Positions 10,016 through 20,284 of a stretch of DNA of 64,000 nucleotides are shown piece after piece (the stretch's first letter is position 1; every line of letters begins with the position of its first letter). Origin of the DNA: Myxococcota bacterium (GTDB taxonomy: Bacteria > Myxococcota_A > SURF-8). The stretch spans positions 1,504,001 through 1,568,000 of the forward strand of contig CAXXQS010000002.1 of the NCBI GenBank assembly GCA_963674735.2, given 5' to 3'. The translations under genes and the position numbers were made by a program. Under the pieces are notes generated by a model. That model was given only the letters and a program-made list of their open reading frames with translations. It had not been told where the DNA came from and searched no databases.

Positions 10016-10648
10016 TCAGACCGGATTTCGCTCCAGGCGGTCGATCAGCGGAATCAGCTGCGACAGATCGGCAATCTGTTCATCGCCCATGTCCGGGGTG
10101 GCGCGGTCGCCCACGATCACCGAGCGGCAGCCGATATTGGCCGCGGTTTCCACGTCCACATAACTATCGCCCACCAGAAGCGTTTCGTCTTTCGTAACCC
10201 CGAGTGTGTCGAAAATCGTCTGCATCACCTGCGGATGCGGCTTGCAATTCTCCAGGCTGAAGGCATGCAGGACGATTTCGAAGTAGCCGTCGAGCTTGAA
10301 GCGTTCGAGCACTTTCGGCGTGGTCCAGCCGCGATTGGTGGCCACGGCCAGCTTGAAGCGACCGTGCAGGGCCTCGATCGTCTCGGTGACGTAGGGCTTG
10401 AGCGTGATGAGACGGATGTGCTCGGTGGCATCCCATTCGTCGGCGAAGCGTTTGGCCTCGGCCAGCTTCTGCGGGTCGGGGATCAGGCGTTCCAGAAAGC
10501 CTTTCATGGGGGCCGTGTAAAACAGCTCCTGCTTATCCTCGGGAAAATCGATTTTCAGATGGGCGAAGAGTTTACGATGGTAATCGAGGATGGCTTCTTT
10601 CGAGCCGATCAGAGTCTCGTCGAGATCGAAGACGATGGCTTTGAGCAT
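10016..10648 (-). CDS. HAD-superfamily phosphatase (Gph-like)
   Basis: Motif I FDLDETL, ATN, KPHP, VGDS..D; start MLKAIV after GAAGGA. Confidence 0.85.
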   Translation of the reverse strand: MLKAIVFDLDETLIGSKEAILDYHRKLFAHLKIDFPEDKQELFYTAPMKGFLERLIPDPQKLAEAKRFADEWDATEHIRLITLKPYVTETIEALHGRFKLAVATNRGWTTPKVLERFKLDGYFEIVLHAFSLENCKPHPQVMQTIFDTLGVTKDETLLVGDSYVDVETAANIGCRSVIVGDRATPDMGDEQIADLSQLIPLIDRLERNPV

Positions 10649-10981
10649 CGCGTGTCCTTCCGCTTGCGTGTCGTGACTGTCCGATTCCCGGTCAAACCGG
10701 GTGGCCCAGTCATAACGGGACAGGGGAAGCTTGTCAAGTGGGGGTTCGGTTCTCATCGGGCGTTTCAATTCTGATTGAGTCTCGAATCATCTTCGATCGA
10801 TGATGGGTGGCACGGGCGAAACCGTCAGGTTTGCCCGTGAAAACAGCATGGGCAAGCCAAAGGCTTGGCCCATGGCACCCCGTAAACCGAATGATAGTGG
10901 GTGGAAAACAGTGACAAGCTTAGAAGTGAAACGCCGTGTCGGTTCTCACCGAATTTTAAATGGCGGCGGTCATTTTTTCGC

Positions 10982-11010
10982 TTGACTATTTTGCCAATAT
11001 GCCAAATACT
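10982..11010 (+). promoter_or_regulatory. Sigma70-type promoter with probable ArsR operator
   Basis: TTGACT-17 bp-AATACT; imperfect inverted repeat ATTTTGCCAATATGCCAAAT overlapping the spacer and -10. Confidence 0.55.
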
Positions 11011-11016
11011 GGCGGC

Positions 11017-11328
11017 ATGACATGTTGCGATTTGAAAAAGACGCGGGAAGATTTCAAACAACAGGCGCGGATTCACAAGGCGCTGGCCAACGAGGCGCGC
11101 CTGCTGATCGTCGATCGCCTGAAGGATTGCGAGTGCGCGGTCGGTGAACTGGCGGGCGCGGTGGGACTCGATATCTCGACCGTCTCCAAGCATCTGTCCG
11201 TTTTACTGAACGCCGGAATCGTTGAAAACCGCAAAAACGGCAATACGGTTTGGTATCGGTTGCTGACGCCTTGTGTTCTGGACATGTTCGCCTGCACCGA
11301 AAAGGTGCTGAAGGACCGCGCCGGATAG
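11017..11328 (+). CDS. arsR: ArsR/SmtB family transcriptional repressor
   Basis: KALANEARL, ECAVGEL, STVSKHLSVL..AGIV winged-HTH; N-terminal CC; heads the ars operon. Confidence 0.9.
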   Translation: MTCCDLKKTREDFKQQARIHKALANEARLLIVDRLKDCECAVGELAGAVGLDISTVSKHLSVLLNAGIVENRKNGNTVWYRLLTPCVLDMFACTEKVLKDRAG

Positions 11329-11352
11329 TCTTCCCTTCCTGGAGAAAACACC

Positions 11353-12441
11353 ATGACCGAACAACCAGGCGTTGTTGGACGGCTATCGTTTTTGGACCGC
11401 TACCTCACTCTGTGGATCTTCCTCGCCATGCTCGTCGGCGTGGGCGGCGGCTGGCTGTGGCCGGGTGTCGTGCCGTTTCTGAACAAATTCAACGTCGGCA
11501 CGACCAATCTTCCCATCGCCATCGGCCTGATTCTGATGATGTACCCGCCGTTGGCCAAGGTGAAATACGAAGAGCTTCCGCGCGTTTTCAAGAATTTCAA
11601 AGTACTGGGACTTTCTCTCGTGCAGAACTGGGTGATCGGACCCATCCTGATGTTTCTGTTGGCTATTATCTTTCTGCCCGACAAACCGGAATATATGGTT
11701 GGCCTGATCCTGATCGGGTTGGCACGCTGTATCGCGATGGTCATCGTCTGGAACGATCTGGCCAAAGGCGACACCGAATACTGCGCCGGGTTGGTCGCTT
11801 TCAACTCCATCTTCCAGGTGCTCTTCTTCTCCGTCTACGCCTATGTCTTCATCACGGTGCTGCCGGGCTGGTTTGGGCTTGAGGGCGTGGCGGTGGCCAT
11901 CACCATCGGCCAGATCGCCGAGAGCGTCTTCATCTACCTCGGTATTCCGTTCATTGCCGGTGTGCTGACGCGCTTTATTTTGATCCGGGTGAAGAACAAG
12001 GACTGGTATCACACGGTCTTCATCCCCAAAATCAGCCCCATCACCCTGATTGCGCTCTTATTCACCATCGTGGTGATGTTCAGCTTCAAGGGTGAGACGA
12101 TCATCCAGCTTCCGCTGGACGTGGTTCGCATCGCCATTCCGTTGCTTTTCTACTTTGTCATCATGTTCGTTGTCTCGTTCTTCCTCTCGAAAAAAGTGGG
12201 CGCGGACTATGGCCAGAGCACGACGCTCAGCTTCACCGCAGCCAGCAACAACTTTGAATTGGCCATCGCGGTGGCCGTCGCCACCTTCGGCATCGGCCAC
12301 GGCGCGGCCTTCGCGGCGGTGATCGGCCCGCTGGTGGAAGTGCCGGTGCTGATCGGGCTGGTCAACGTCGCCCTCTGGCTGGGTCGTAAGTACTGGCCGC
12401 AGCTGAAACACGCCCAAAGCTGCAAGGAGTCAACTCCATGA
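11353..12441 (+). CDS. acr3: Acr3 arsenite efflux transporter
   Basis: [48 protein letters not shown]. Confidence 0.95.
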   Translation: MTEQPGVVGRLSFLDRYLTLWIFLAMLVGVGGGWLWPGVVPFLNKFNVGTTNLPIAIGLILMMYPPLAKVKYEELPRVFKNFKVLGLSLVQNWVIGPILMFLLAIIFLPDKPEYMVGLILIGLARCIAMVIVWNDLAKGDTEYCAGLVAFNSIFQVLFFSVYAYVFITVLPGWFGLEGVAVAITIGQIAESVFIYLGIPFIAGVLTRFILIRVKNKDWYHTVFIPKISPITLIALLFTIVVMFSFKGETIIQLPLDVVRIAIPLLFYFVIMFVVSFFLSKKVGADYGQSTTLSFTAASNNFELAIAVAVATFGIGHGAAFAAVIGPLVEVPVLIGLVNVALWLGRKYWPQLKHAQSCKESTP

Positions 12442-13286
12442 GCGACAAAGACACGATCCGCAAACAGGTTTCCGAGTTTTACACCCGGAGCGTTGAAACG
12501 GGCTGCGGTTGCGGTCCGGGATGCTGTGGGCCGACCTTGCCCCAGGGTATCGCCGTCATTCAGGCCGGATACGGCACAGACGAAACCACCGGATTGCCCG
12601 AGGACGCCGTGAAAAATTCTTTCGGCTGCGGCAATCCGCTGGCCTTCAGCGAGGTGACCGAAGGACAAACCGTGCTCGACCTCGGCTCGGGAGCGGGCAT
12701 CGATCTGCTGATCGCGGCGAAGAAAGTCGGTCCCACAGGCAGAGTCATCGGCGTGGATATGACGGACGAGATGATCGCCCACGCCCGCAGGAACATCGCC
12801 GCCGCCGGAGTGGAGAACGTCGAGTTGCGCAAGGGCGTCATCGAGGAGTTGCCCGTTGAGGACGCCTCGATAGACTGGGTGATCTCAAACTGCGTCATCA
12901 ATCTCTCGCCCGACAAAGATGCTGTCTTCGCCGAAATCGCCCGTGTGCTCAAGCCGGGTGGCCGCATCAGTATTTCGGACATCGTGGCGGACGATTTGCC
13001 CGACTGGTTGCGCCAAAGCGCGGCGATGTACGGCGCTTGCGTGGCGGGGGCCGTTTCGGAAACCGCGTATGTGGACGGTCTGCGCCGAGCGGGCTTGACG
13101 GATGTGGAGGTGACGGAGCGGTTGGTCTATGACGCCGCGCAGATTCACGCCCTGGTGGCGTCCGAGGTTCCGACCGATGGCGGCGGATGCTGCGGCGAGT
13201 CGATTCCGCAGGATGTCGTGAAAAATGCGGCAGTCCAGGTTGCGGGCAAGGTCTGGAGCGCCAAGTTCGCCGGACGAAAAGGGTGA
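12438..13286 (+). CDS. arsM: Arsenite S-adenosylmethionine methyltransferase
   Basis: [37 protein letters not shown]. Confidence 0.92.
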   Translation: MSDKDTIRKQVSEFYTRSVETGCGCGPGCCGPTLPQGIAVIQAGYGTDETTGLPEDAVKNSFGCGNPLAFSEVTEGQTVLDLGSGAGIDLLIAAKKVGPTGRVIGVDMTDEMIAHARRNIAAAGVENVELRKGVIEELPVEDASIDWVISNCVINLSPDKDAVFAEIARVLKPGGRISISDIVADDLPDWLRQSAAMYGACVAGAVSETAYVDGLRRAGLTDVEVTERLVYDAAQIHALVASEVPTDGGGCCGESIPQDVVKNAAVQVAGKVWSAKFAGRKG

Positions 13287-13295
13287 GGTCACATC

Positions 13296-13754
13296 ATGAC
13301 TCATGAAACATGGATGGACGAAGCGCGCCAGGTCGCCGCGCTGAAACCGAAGAAACTGCTCTTCATGTGTGTGCAGAATTCGGCCCGCAGCCAGTTGGCC
13401 GAGGCCATCGCCCGCCATCTCGCCTCGCCCGGCGTGACGGTTTTATCGGCGGGCTCCGAACCGGCCTTTGTGCGTCCGCAGGCGGTGCAGGTATTGGAAG
13501 AAGCCGGGATTTCCACACAAGGGCTGGTTTCCAAAGCCGTAGACGACATTGACACGACGGGAGTGGAGGTGGTCGTGACGCTATGCGCCGACGAAGTCTG
13601 TCCCGCCTACCTGGGGACGGTCCAACGTTTGCACTGGGGACTGTCGGATCCGGCCAAGGTGGAACCGGCGGATAAAAAACGCGATGCGTTCCGCGCGGTT
13701 CGCGATGAATTGATCGAACGCCTCACGGTCATGCTGGCCTATACAGTGGAGTAG
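13296..13754 (+). CDS. arsC: Arsenate reductase (LMW-PTP fold)
   Basis: P-loop CVQNSARSQ, SAGS, TLCADEVCP, HWGLSDP. Confidence 0.9.
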   Translation: MTHETWMDEARQVAALKPKKLLFMCVQNSARSQLAEAIARHLASPGVTVLSAGSEPAFVRPQAVQVLEEAGISTQGLVSKAVDDIDTTGVEVVVTLCADEVCPAYLGTVQRLHWGLSDPAKVEPADKKRDAFRAVRDELIERLTVMLAYTVE

Positions 13755-13756
13755 CC

Positions 13757-14926
13757 ATGTCCGAACGGAAAGCTTTTGTTTTGTTTGCGGCTGTTTTCGC
13801 CGTCTTCTGGTTTCTGCCGCTCGATTCCGAGCGGGTCGCCGGGGCGCTCTTCGAAGCCTTCGCCCTCACCCAGTGGTACGCCCGCGAGCACGTCATTCTA
13901 TGCCTGATTCCGGCCTTTTTCATCGCCGGGGCCATCGCCACCTTCGTTTCGCAAAACGCGGTGATGAAATACTTGGGCGCCCAGGCGAAGCGCGGGGTGG
14001 CCTACGGGGTCGCAGCCAGTTCGGGAACGATTCTCGCCGTTTGCTCCTGTACGGTGCTGCCGCTGTTTGCCGGTATCTACGCGCGCGGTGCGGGACTGGG
14101 TCCGGCCACCACCTTTTTATATGCGGGTCCGGCCATCAACGTGCTGGCCATCATTCTCACGGCGCGTGTCCTCGGCCCCGAAATCGGAATCGCGCGGGCC
14201 GTCGGCGCAGTGGTCTTTTCGGTCGTCATCGGCCTGATCATGGCGTTTATCTTCCGTCGGGAAGAGGCCGAAAAGCGCGCCGCTTTACCCGCCATGCCGG
14301 AAGACGAAACGATGCGTTCGCCCGGTCAGGATATCGTGTATTTCGCGCTCATGATCGGCATTCTGGTTTTCGCCAACTGGGGAAAGCCGCAGGACGGCGA
14401 CGCAGGCCTGTGGGGCGTGATTTACGCCGCCAAGTGGTGGATCACGGGGGGACTCTCCGCCTTTTTGGCCGCCGTCATCTGGCGCTGGTTCAAGCGGGAG
14501 GAACTGAAAACCTGGGCCGCCTCCAGCTGGGAGTACGCCCGTTTGATTCTACCGCTGTTGTTCGCGGGCGTTCTGGTCGCCGGATTTTTATTGGGGCGTC
14601 CGGGGCATGCGGGCATCATCCCCAGCGACTGGGTCGCGAGCCTCGTGGGCGGAAACTCGTTATGGGCCAACCTCTTTGCCTCGGCGGTCGGCGCGTTCAT
14701 GTACTTCGCCACGCTCACCGAAGTCCCGATTTTGGAAGGGCTGATCGGCGCGGGGATGGGCAAGGGTCCGGCCTTGGCGCTCCTGTTGGCGGGTCCGGCG
14801 CTGTCGCTGCCGAACATGCTGGTGATCCGGGGCGTTTTGGGGACGAAGAAAACGGGGGTCTACATTCTGCTCGTCATTCTCATGGCGACTTTGAGTGGCT
14901 GGCTGTACGGCGCGTTGTTCGGCTGA
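13757..14926 (+). CDS. arsP: ArsP/DUF318 family permease
   Basis: AVCSCTVLPLF, FLYAGPAIN, MYFATLTEVP, AGPALSLP; ars context. Confidence 0.8.
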   Translation: MSERKAFVLFAAVFAVFWFLPLDSERVAGALFEAFALTQWYAREHVILCLIPAFFIAGAIATFVSQNAVMKYLGAQAKRGVAYGVAASSGTILAVCSCTVLPLFAGIYARGAGLGPATTFLYAGPAINVLAIILTARVLGPEIGIARAVGAVVFSVVIGLIMAFIFRREEAEKRAALPAMPEDETMRSPGQDIVYFALMIGILVFANWGKPQDGDAGLWGVIYAAKWWITGGLSAFLAAVIWRWFKREELKTWAASSWEYARLILPLLFAGVLVAGFLLGRPGHAGIIPSDWVASLVGGNSLWANLFASAVGAFMYFATLTEVPILEGLIGAGMGKGPALALLLAGPALSLPNMLVIRGVLGTKKTGVYILLVILMATLSGWLYGALFG

Positions 14927-15014
14927 CGATCCGAGCTCGGGGCTATTCGCGTTACGAGCGGTCGTTGTTCGTGGACCCCGATGGTGCAAATGAAATATTC
15001 GGGCGAGGAGACGC

Positions 15015-15515
15015 ATGAAAGACATTACCTTCACTCCCATCGGTATCGTTCACTCTCCCCTGACCGATCCGCGTGACGCGCCGATTCAGGCGGCCTACGC
15101 CGAGGCGGTCGAAGGACGGATCGAAATCGACGCGGCCTTCACAGACGGCCTGGATTCCCTCGCGGGATTCGATCGCATCTGGGTGCTGTATCACTGCCAC
15201 CGTTCAAGCGGTTACAAGCTGCGCGTCGTTCCCTACCTCGATACCGTCGAGCATGGGGTTTTCGCCACCCGCGCACCCCGCAGGCCCAACGCCATCGGGC
15301 TCTCCTGCCTGCGGCTTTTGTCCATCGACGGACCGATCCTGCGTGTGGCCGGGCTGGACATTCTGGACCGGACACCGGTGCTCGACATCAAACCCTACAT
15401 TCCCATGGCCGATCATTTCGAGGTTTCCCGCTGCGGCTGGCTGGATCAGGTTGCGGATATGGACCGGCGAGCGGATCGGCGCTTTCACAAAGACTCACCC
15501 GACGAGAAAGGTTGA
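15015..15515 (+). CDS. trmO: TrmO/TsaA-like SAM-binding methyltransferase (short form)
   Basis: PIGIVHSP, GVFATRAPRRPNAIGLS, LDILDRTPVLDIKPY. Confidence 0.85.
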   Translation: MKDITFTPIGIVHSPLTDPRDAPIQAAYAEAVEGRIEIDAAFTDGLDSLAGFDRIWVLYHCHRSSGYKLRVVPYLDTVEHGVFATRAPRRPNAIGLSCLRLLSIDGPILRVAGLDILDRTPVLDIKPYIPMADHFEVSRCGWLDQVADMDRRADRRFHKDSPDEKG

Positions 15516-15518
15516 CTC

Positions 15519-15752
15519 ATGAAGAAAATCGAGATCCTGGGCACCGGCTGCCCCAAATGCAAAAAGCTGTTCGAATTGACTCAAAAAGTGGTGGCGGATC
15601 ACGCGCTGGATGCCGAGGTGGTGAAAATCGAGGACATCCAGGAAATCGTCGCCAAGGGCATCATGATGACGCCGGGGCTGGTGGTGGATGGCGAGGTGAA
15701 GAGTGTCGGCAAGCTGCCGTCCGAGGCGGATCTGCTGAAATTGATCGGCTAA
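15519..15752 (+). CDS. Small thioredoxin-like redox-active disulfide protein (ArsE-like position)
   Basis: IEILGTGCPKC, IMMTPGLVVDG. Confidence 0.88.
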   Translation: MKKIEILGTGCPKCKKLFELTQKVVADHALDAEVVKIEDIQEIVAKGIMMTPGLVVDGEVKSVGKLPSEADLLKLIG

Positions 15753-15757
15753 CGATT

Positions 15758-16306
15758 ATGCGAAAGGTGCAATCGATGCATGCGAGACTGATAGGACTGT
15801 TATTCGTTGGGTTGTTTGCCTGGATTCTGCTTGCCTGCGAGGCGGCGGTCCCGCCCGCTCCGGCCACCCCGGTAGGGCAGGCCACGCAGGCCGCGCAGGC
15901 CACGCAGGCAAAAACCCCAGCCGAAACATCTGCCCAGGCCGTCGCCAAGACCCCGCCGGAGGTTCTTCCCGACAAAGTGGTGGTGTACTATTTCCACGGC
16001 GATGTCCGCTGTCACACCTGCACCACCCTGGAAGCCCTCGCCGATCAGGCGATCAAGCAGCACTTCGCCGACGAACTGGCCTCCGGTTTTTTGGAATGGA
16101 AGGTCGTGAACACCGACCGGGAAGCGAACCGGCATTTCGTCGACGACTATCAACTCTATACCAAATCGCTGGTCGTCTCGGCGTTGAAGGACGGTAAGCA
16201 GATCAAGTGGAAAAACTGCGCGAAAATCTGGGAGCTTGTCCGCACGCCGCCGGATTATGAACGCTATGTGGTGGCCGAAATCCGCGCTTACCTGGACGGC
16301 GTGTGA
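15758..16306 (+). CDS. arsF: ArsF-family thioredoxin-like lipoprotein
   Basis: Lipobox LLAC; VVVYYFHGDVRCHTC; Ala/Gln/Pro linker. Confidence 0.75.
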   Translation: MRKVQSMHARLIGLLFVGLFAWILLACEAAVPPAPATPVGQATQAAQATQAKTPAETSAQAVAKTPPEVLPDKVVVYYFHGDVRCHTCTTLEALADQAIKQHFADELASGFLEWKVVNTDREANRHFVDDYQLYTKSLVVSALKDGKQIKWKNCAKIWELVRTPPDYERYVVAEIRAYLDGV

Positions 16307-16989
16307 TGGATAGCTACGGAATCGGACTCGCCACCGCGATCTGGCTGGGGATCCTCACCTCCATCAGTCCCTGCCCGCTGGCGACCAACATCGCCGCCAT
16401 CAGCTACATCGGCAAACGGGTGGACCGGCCCCGGCTCGTACTTGTAAGTGGCCTGCTCTATACGCTGGGACGCATGCTCGCCTATTTCGCCGTGGCTTGG
16501 CTGGTGGTGGGGGGGCTGTCATCGATTCCGGAGGTCGCCAATTTTTTGCAGCGGCACATGAACCAGGCCATCGGTCCCATTCTGATTCTTGCCGGGCTGC
16601 TGCTTTTCGATTTTCTCCCGCTACCCTGGCGCGGATCGGGGGTGTCGGAGCGGGTGCGAAAATGGGCCGAGGCGCTGGGAATCTGGGGTGCGCTGCTCTT
16701 GGGAGTGGTGTTTGCACTGGCCTTCTGCCCGGTATCGGCGGCCCTGTTTTTCGGAAGCCTGATTCCGTTGGCGCTGCATCACGAGTCGAGCCTGGCCATG
16801 CCGTCGCTGTACGGCATCGGCAGCGCCTTGCCGGTGGCCGTCTTCGCCGTTATCCTGGCTTTCGCCGCCAATCGGCTGTCGAGCTTTTTCAACATCATGA
16901 CGGCGGCTGAAAAGTGGATGCGTCGGATCACGGCCACAATTTTCATCGGGGTCGGCGTCTATTACCTGATAAACTTCACGCTCGCTTAG
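16306..16989 (+). CDS. arsG: ArsG-family (CcdA-like) permease
   Basis: LGILTSISPCPLATNIAAISY, FALAFCPVSAALFFG; follows arsF. Confidence 0.78.
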   Translation: MDSYGIGLATAIWLGILTSISPCPLATNIAAISYIGKRVDRPRLVLVSGLLYTLGRMLAYFAVAWLVVGGLSSIPEVANFLQRHMNQAIGPILILAGLLLFDFLPLPWRGSGVSERVRKWAEALGIWGALLLGVVFALAFCPVSAALFFGSLIPLALHHESSLAMPSLYGIGSALPVAVFAVILAFAANRLSSFFNIMTAAEKWMRRITATIFIGVGVYYLINFTLA

Positions 16990-17175
16990 TTTCGTGATGC
17001 CACGTTTTGGGGGTTCGCGCCAAACATGCATTTGTGCTATAACCCGGGTGAATGGGTAACCGCTTTTCCGCTCACCTTTTTGGGTGTCCGTTCACCGTGC
17101 GCCTGCAGGCCGATAAATCGTGGGGCGTGCTGTTCAGACGGGTGAAGCCGGAGATCTTGACTGTGATGGATTGTC

Positions 17176-18498
17176 ATGAAAAAACTGCAAAAATTCGCGC
17201 TCATCTATTTACTTGCACTCGGATTCGCCGCTTGGGGTTATTCGATCGGTGAGTTTCACGTCTGGCCGTATTCGCTGCTCCAGGAAATTCACGATTTCGT
17301 CGAGGGCGACCCGGAAGAAAAGAAAACCACCCTGACCGAGAAAATCCTCAACGACAGTAATCTCCACCCCTCCCGCAGTCTGGTCAAATACGATCCGGGC
17401 AAGCGACGTCCGTACCGGGAGCTGACCATCCCCGGAAAAAGCGCAAGGCGGGATCAGGCGAAAATCTACACCAGCGAGCGGGCTCCGGCCGGGTATCGGC
17501 TCATTTACGGGTCCTTCGACTTTGAAGAAGGCCGTCATGGCGCCTTGCTGCTGGACAAAAACTGGCAGGTGGTTCACACCTGGATTTTGCACGAACGCGA
17601 TATGTCATTCAAGATGAAGAACCCGGAGGAGCGCAAGTTTCCGCATGGCTTCAAGATTCTGCCCGATGGCTCGGTTCTGTTCGCCTTCGACTTCGGCATT
17701 TCGATTCAACGTTTCGATTGGTGCGGAAACCGCCTGTGGGCGACCCGCTCCGGAATCGATCACAGTATCGAGCCGGACGGCGAAGGCACGGTCTGGTCGG
17801 TCGGCTATCCGGACTTCATCAGTCGATTCAATCTCGCAAGCGGCAAGCGGCTGCGCAATTTCAAGATTCACAAGTTCATGGGCGCAAATCCATCCATCGA
17901 CATTCTGGGCTTGCGGCAAAACGACTACAATAATCGCTGGACCTGGGCCAAGGGGAAGGGCGGTCCCTGGCATCCCAACGATGTCGAACCTCTGCTGCCC
18001 GAAATGGCGGACGCCTTTCCGCAATTTGAGGCGGGCGATCTGCTGATCAGTCTGCGTTCGATCAACCTGATTTACGTGGCGGATCCGAAAACCCTGAAAA
18101 TCAAATGGTGGCGCATGGGTTCCTGGCGGCGGCAACACGATCCGGACTGGCAACCCGACGGAACCATCACCGTTTACGACAACAACATGCATCGGGGTGT
18201 CAGCCGTATCGTGCAGATCGATCCGAAAGATTATAGCACCCGCATTCTGTTCGACGGCCGCCGGGAAAACTTTTACACCTGGATGCGCGGCAAACATCAG
18301 GTGCTCGAAAACGGCAACATTTTGATCACGAGCCCGCAGCAGGGCCGCGTGTTCGAAGTGACCCCGGGCGGCGAGGTGGTGTTCGAATTCCTGAATGTTT
18401 ACAACCAGGAGACGCACGAGATGCTGCTGGTTTCGGAGGCCGTTTATCTGCCGGAAGATTTCTTTTCCTTCGACAAACCTCCGGTTTGTTCCGAGTAA
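17176..18498 (+). CDS. Arylsulfotransferase-family (ASST-like) beta-propeller protein
   Basis: WHPNDVE, GDLLISLRSIN, RQHDPD, ITVYDNN, LENGNILIT; N-terminal TM. Confidence 0.8.
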   Translation: MKKLQKFALIYLLALGFAAWGYSIGEFHVWPYSLLQEIHDFVEGDPEEKKTTLTEKILNDSNLHPSRSLVKYDPGKRRPYRELTIPGKSARRDQAKIYTSERAPAGYRLIYGSFDFEEGRHGALLLDKNWQVVHTWILHERDMSFKMKNPEERKFPHGFKILPDGSVLFAFDFGISIQRFDWCGNRLWATRSGIDHSIEPDGEGTVWSVGYPDFISRFNLASGKRLRNFKIHKFMGANPSIDILGLRQNDYNNRWTWAKGKGGPWHPNDVEPLLPEMADAFPQFEAGDLLISLRSINLIYVADPKTLKIKWWRMGSWRRQHDPDWQPDGTITVYDNNMHRGVSRIVQIDPKDYSTRILFDGRRENFYTWMRGKHQVLENGNILITSPQQGRVFEVTPGGEVVFEFLNVYNQETHEMLLVSEAVYLPEDFFSFDKPPVCSE

Positions 18499-18752
18499 GA
18501 CTCGCGGGCGGCCGTGCTTGGTCGACAAGGAAACGCGTTTGCTTGGGGGAAAGTCTTTGCGGTGGGCAGGCCTAGGTTGATTCCCAGCACTCACGCATCT
18601 TTGCTTTCCATCCATTCAAGCACGACGTGTTTCATGCCGATGCATGACGCGCAGCCTGCGGCCGACGATGGCGTAAAAGATTGAATTTTCTCACGAACCG
18701 ATCGGAGCGCCCCCCTGTTTACGAGGTGTTTACGATCCGATTCTGTTTAATC

Positions 18753-18781
18753 TTGACAAGCGTGGGGCGAGTTGCTAAAAG
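18753..18781 (+). promoter_or_regulatory. Sigma70 promoter for tRNA-Thr
   Basis: TTGACA-17 bp-TAAAAG with TG extension, ~40 bp upstream of the tRNA. Confidence 0.55.
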
Positions 18782-18823
18782 AATTGGTCGCTGGATCGGT
18801 CTTCATCCCGTGTCCGGCGTTTG

Positions 18824-18899
18824 GCCAACGTAGCTCAGCTGGTAGAGCAGCTGATTCGTAATCAGCAGGTCAGGAGTTCGAATCTCCTCGTTGGCTCCA
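18824..18899 (+). tRNA. tRNA-Thr (anticodon CGT)
   Basis: 76 nt cloverleaf: GCCAACG/CGTTGGC acceptor, GCTGA-TTCGTAA-TCAGC anticodon arm, GTTCGAATC T-loop, encoded CCA. Confidence 0.97.
18855..18899 (+). repeat. att core, left copy (within tRNA)
   Basis: TTCGTAATCAGCAGGTCAGGAGTTCGAATCTCCTCGTTGGCTCCA, identical to 32391-32435. Confidence 0.95.
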
Positions 18900-18909
18900 T
18901 AGTCATTTC

Positions 18910-18951
18910 AAAGGGTTAGACGATTTGGAGTCGTCCGACCCTTTTCTTTTT
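18910..18951 (+). terminator. Terminator downstream of tRNA, supplied by the element
   Basis: AAAGGGTTAGACGA-loop-TCGTCCGACCCTTTT followed by a T-rich run. Confidence 0.6.
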
Positions 18952-19076
18952 GGTGCGCTATGGTGCAATGAGGGTGTTTTTAGTCCTTTTTCACCGGGTC
19001 TTCCTGGGATCGATTCAGTGCCCCCCCTGAAACAGATCAGGGGGTGCTAGTTTCGATTCGGAAGGAGGATCAGGCT

Positions 19077-20234
19077 ATGCAAGACAGGAAAGAAAAGACC
19101 CAGGAAAACACCAAAAAGCGAGTCACTCGTAATCGGACATCCGCTCCCCAGAGACGCGGTGACAAGTGGCGGATCCAGTGGACCGACCACACCGGCAAAC
19201 GACGATCGAAGACCTTCGACACCTTCGATGAAGCCAATCGTGAACTTGAACGTGTCAAAGGGGCCAGACGACTCGTTCAGGATGGATCCCTTCCCGCGCC
19301 CCCTGAACCGATCACCTTCAAGGAGTTCGTCAAGACCTACTACATCCCAAACCGGACGGAACAGACACGCTGTCCCCGAAACGATCACTCCATCTTCAAG
19401 AATCATCTGTACACGGCCTTCAACGACTTCAATTTGGTCGATATCGACCTGCGGGTGATCGAATCCTTCAAGGGGAAGAAGTTGTCCGGTGGGATGCATC
19501 CGAACACACTCCGCCACATCCTGACCCTTCTGAAATCCGTTCTTCGATACGCCCATTCGATGGAATTCTTGCTAAGGGTGCCCGCGTTCAAGATGCCGAA
19601 GATCCCGGAACGGCCATACAGCTACATCCGGACCGACGACGGTATCCGGGCCTTACTGAGGGAGGCCAAGAAAGAAACCGATGGGGTCTATGAACTGTAT
19701 GCGACCGCCATCTATACGGGAATGAGGGCCGGGGAACTGCTGGGGCTGATGTGGGACGATGTCGACTTCAACACCCGACTGATCCGCGTGGCCCGATCCC
19801 ACGATCAACCGACGAAATCCGGAAAAGTTCGACACGTCCCGATCCTGGACACCCTCTGGCCCATCCTTCGTGAATGGCGGTTGAAGAACGATTCCAAGTA
19901 TGTCTTCCCGACCGAAATCGGAACCCGGCAGGCCCGAAGTCCAAGGGCGACCAAAACGACCTTCAAAGACTGCCTGGAACGCGCAGGATTGGACGATATG
20001 CGCTTCCACGACCTTCGGCATACCTTTGCATCCCATTGGGCCATGAAAGGCGGTACACGCGAAAAATTACAGGAAATCCTGGGACACTCCGATCCGACCA
20101 TGACCCAACGGTATCGACACCTCGAACCCCAAATCTTTCAGGATGACCTGGGGATCTTCGGAAAGCCTGAAGATCATTCATCGGACAATGTTGTCCAGGT
20201 TGGGGAACATCAAGACGTGGCCGCCAATATGTGA
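19077..20234 (+). CDS. int: Tyrosine recombinase / integrase
   Basis: TGMRAGEL (R), TKSGK (K), FHDLRHT (HxxR), LGHS (H), TQRY (Y); N-terminal arm-binding-like WRIQWTD; AAGGAGG SD. Confidence 0.95.
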   Translation: MQDRKEKTQENTKKRVTRNRTSAPQRRGDKWRIQWTDHTGKRRSKTFDTFDEANRELERVKGARRLVQDGSLPAPPEPITFKEFVKTYYIPNRTEQTRCPRNDHSIFKNHLYTAFNDFNLVDIDLRVIESFKGKKLSGGMHPNTLRHILTLLKSVLRYAHSMEFLLRVPAFKMPKIPERPYSYIRTDDGIRALLREAKKETDGVYELYATAIYTGMRAGELLGLMWDDVDFNTRLIRVARSHDQPTKSGKVRHVPILDTLWPILREWRLKNDSKYVFPTEIGTRQARSPRATKTTFKDCLERAGLDDMRFHDLRHTFASHWAMKGGTREKLQEILGHSDPTMTQRYRHLEPQIFQDDLGIFGKPEDHSSDNVVQVGEHQDVAANM

Positions 20235-20248
20235 TCGTTTAGGGAGTG

Positions 20249-20284
20249 GAACCGGTCCGGGTAGGATTCATCCGGACCGGTTTC
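20249..20284. terminator. Hairpin between convergent int and vsr
   Basis: AACCGGTCCGG...CCGGACCGGTT inverted repeat. Confidence 0.6.

Noticed and set aside
15866-15911. CAGGCCACG/CAGGCCGCG tandem repeat
   Set aside because: Encodes a low-complexity QAT/QAA linker in ArsF; no sign of a separate function
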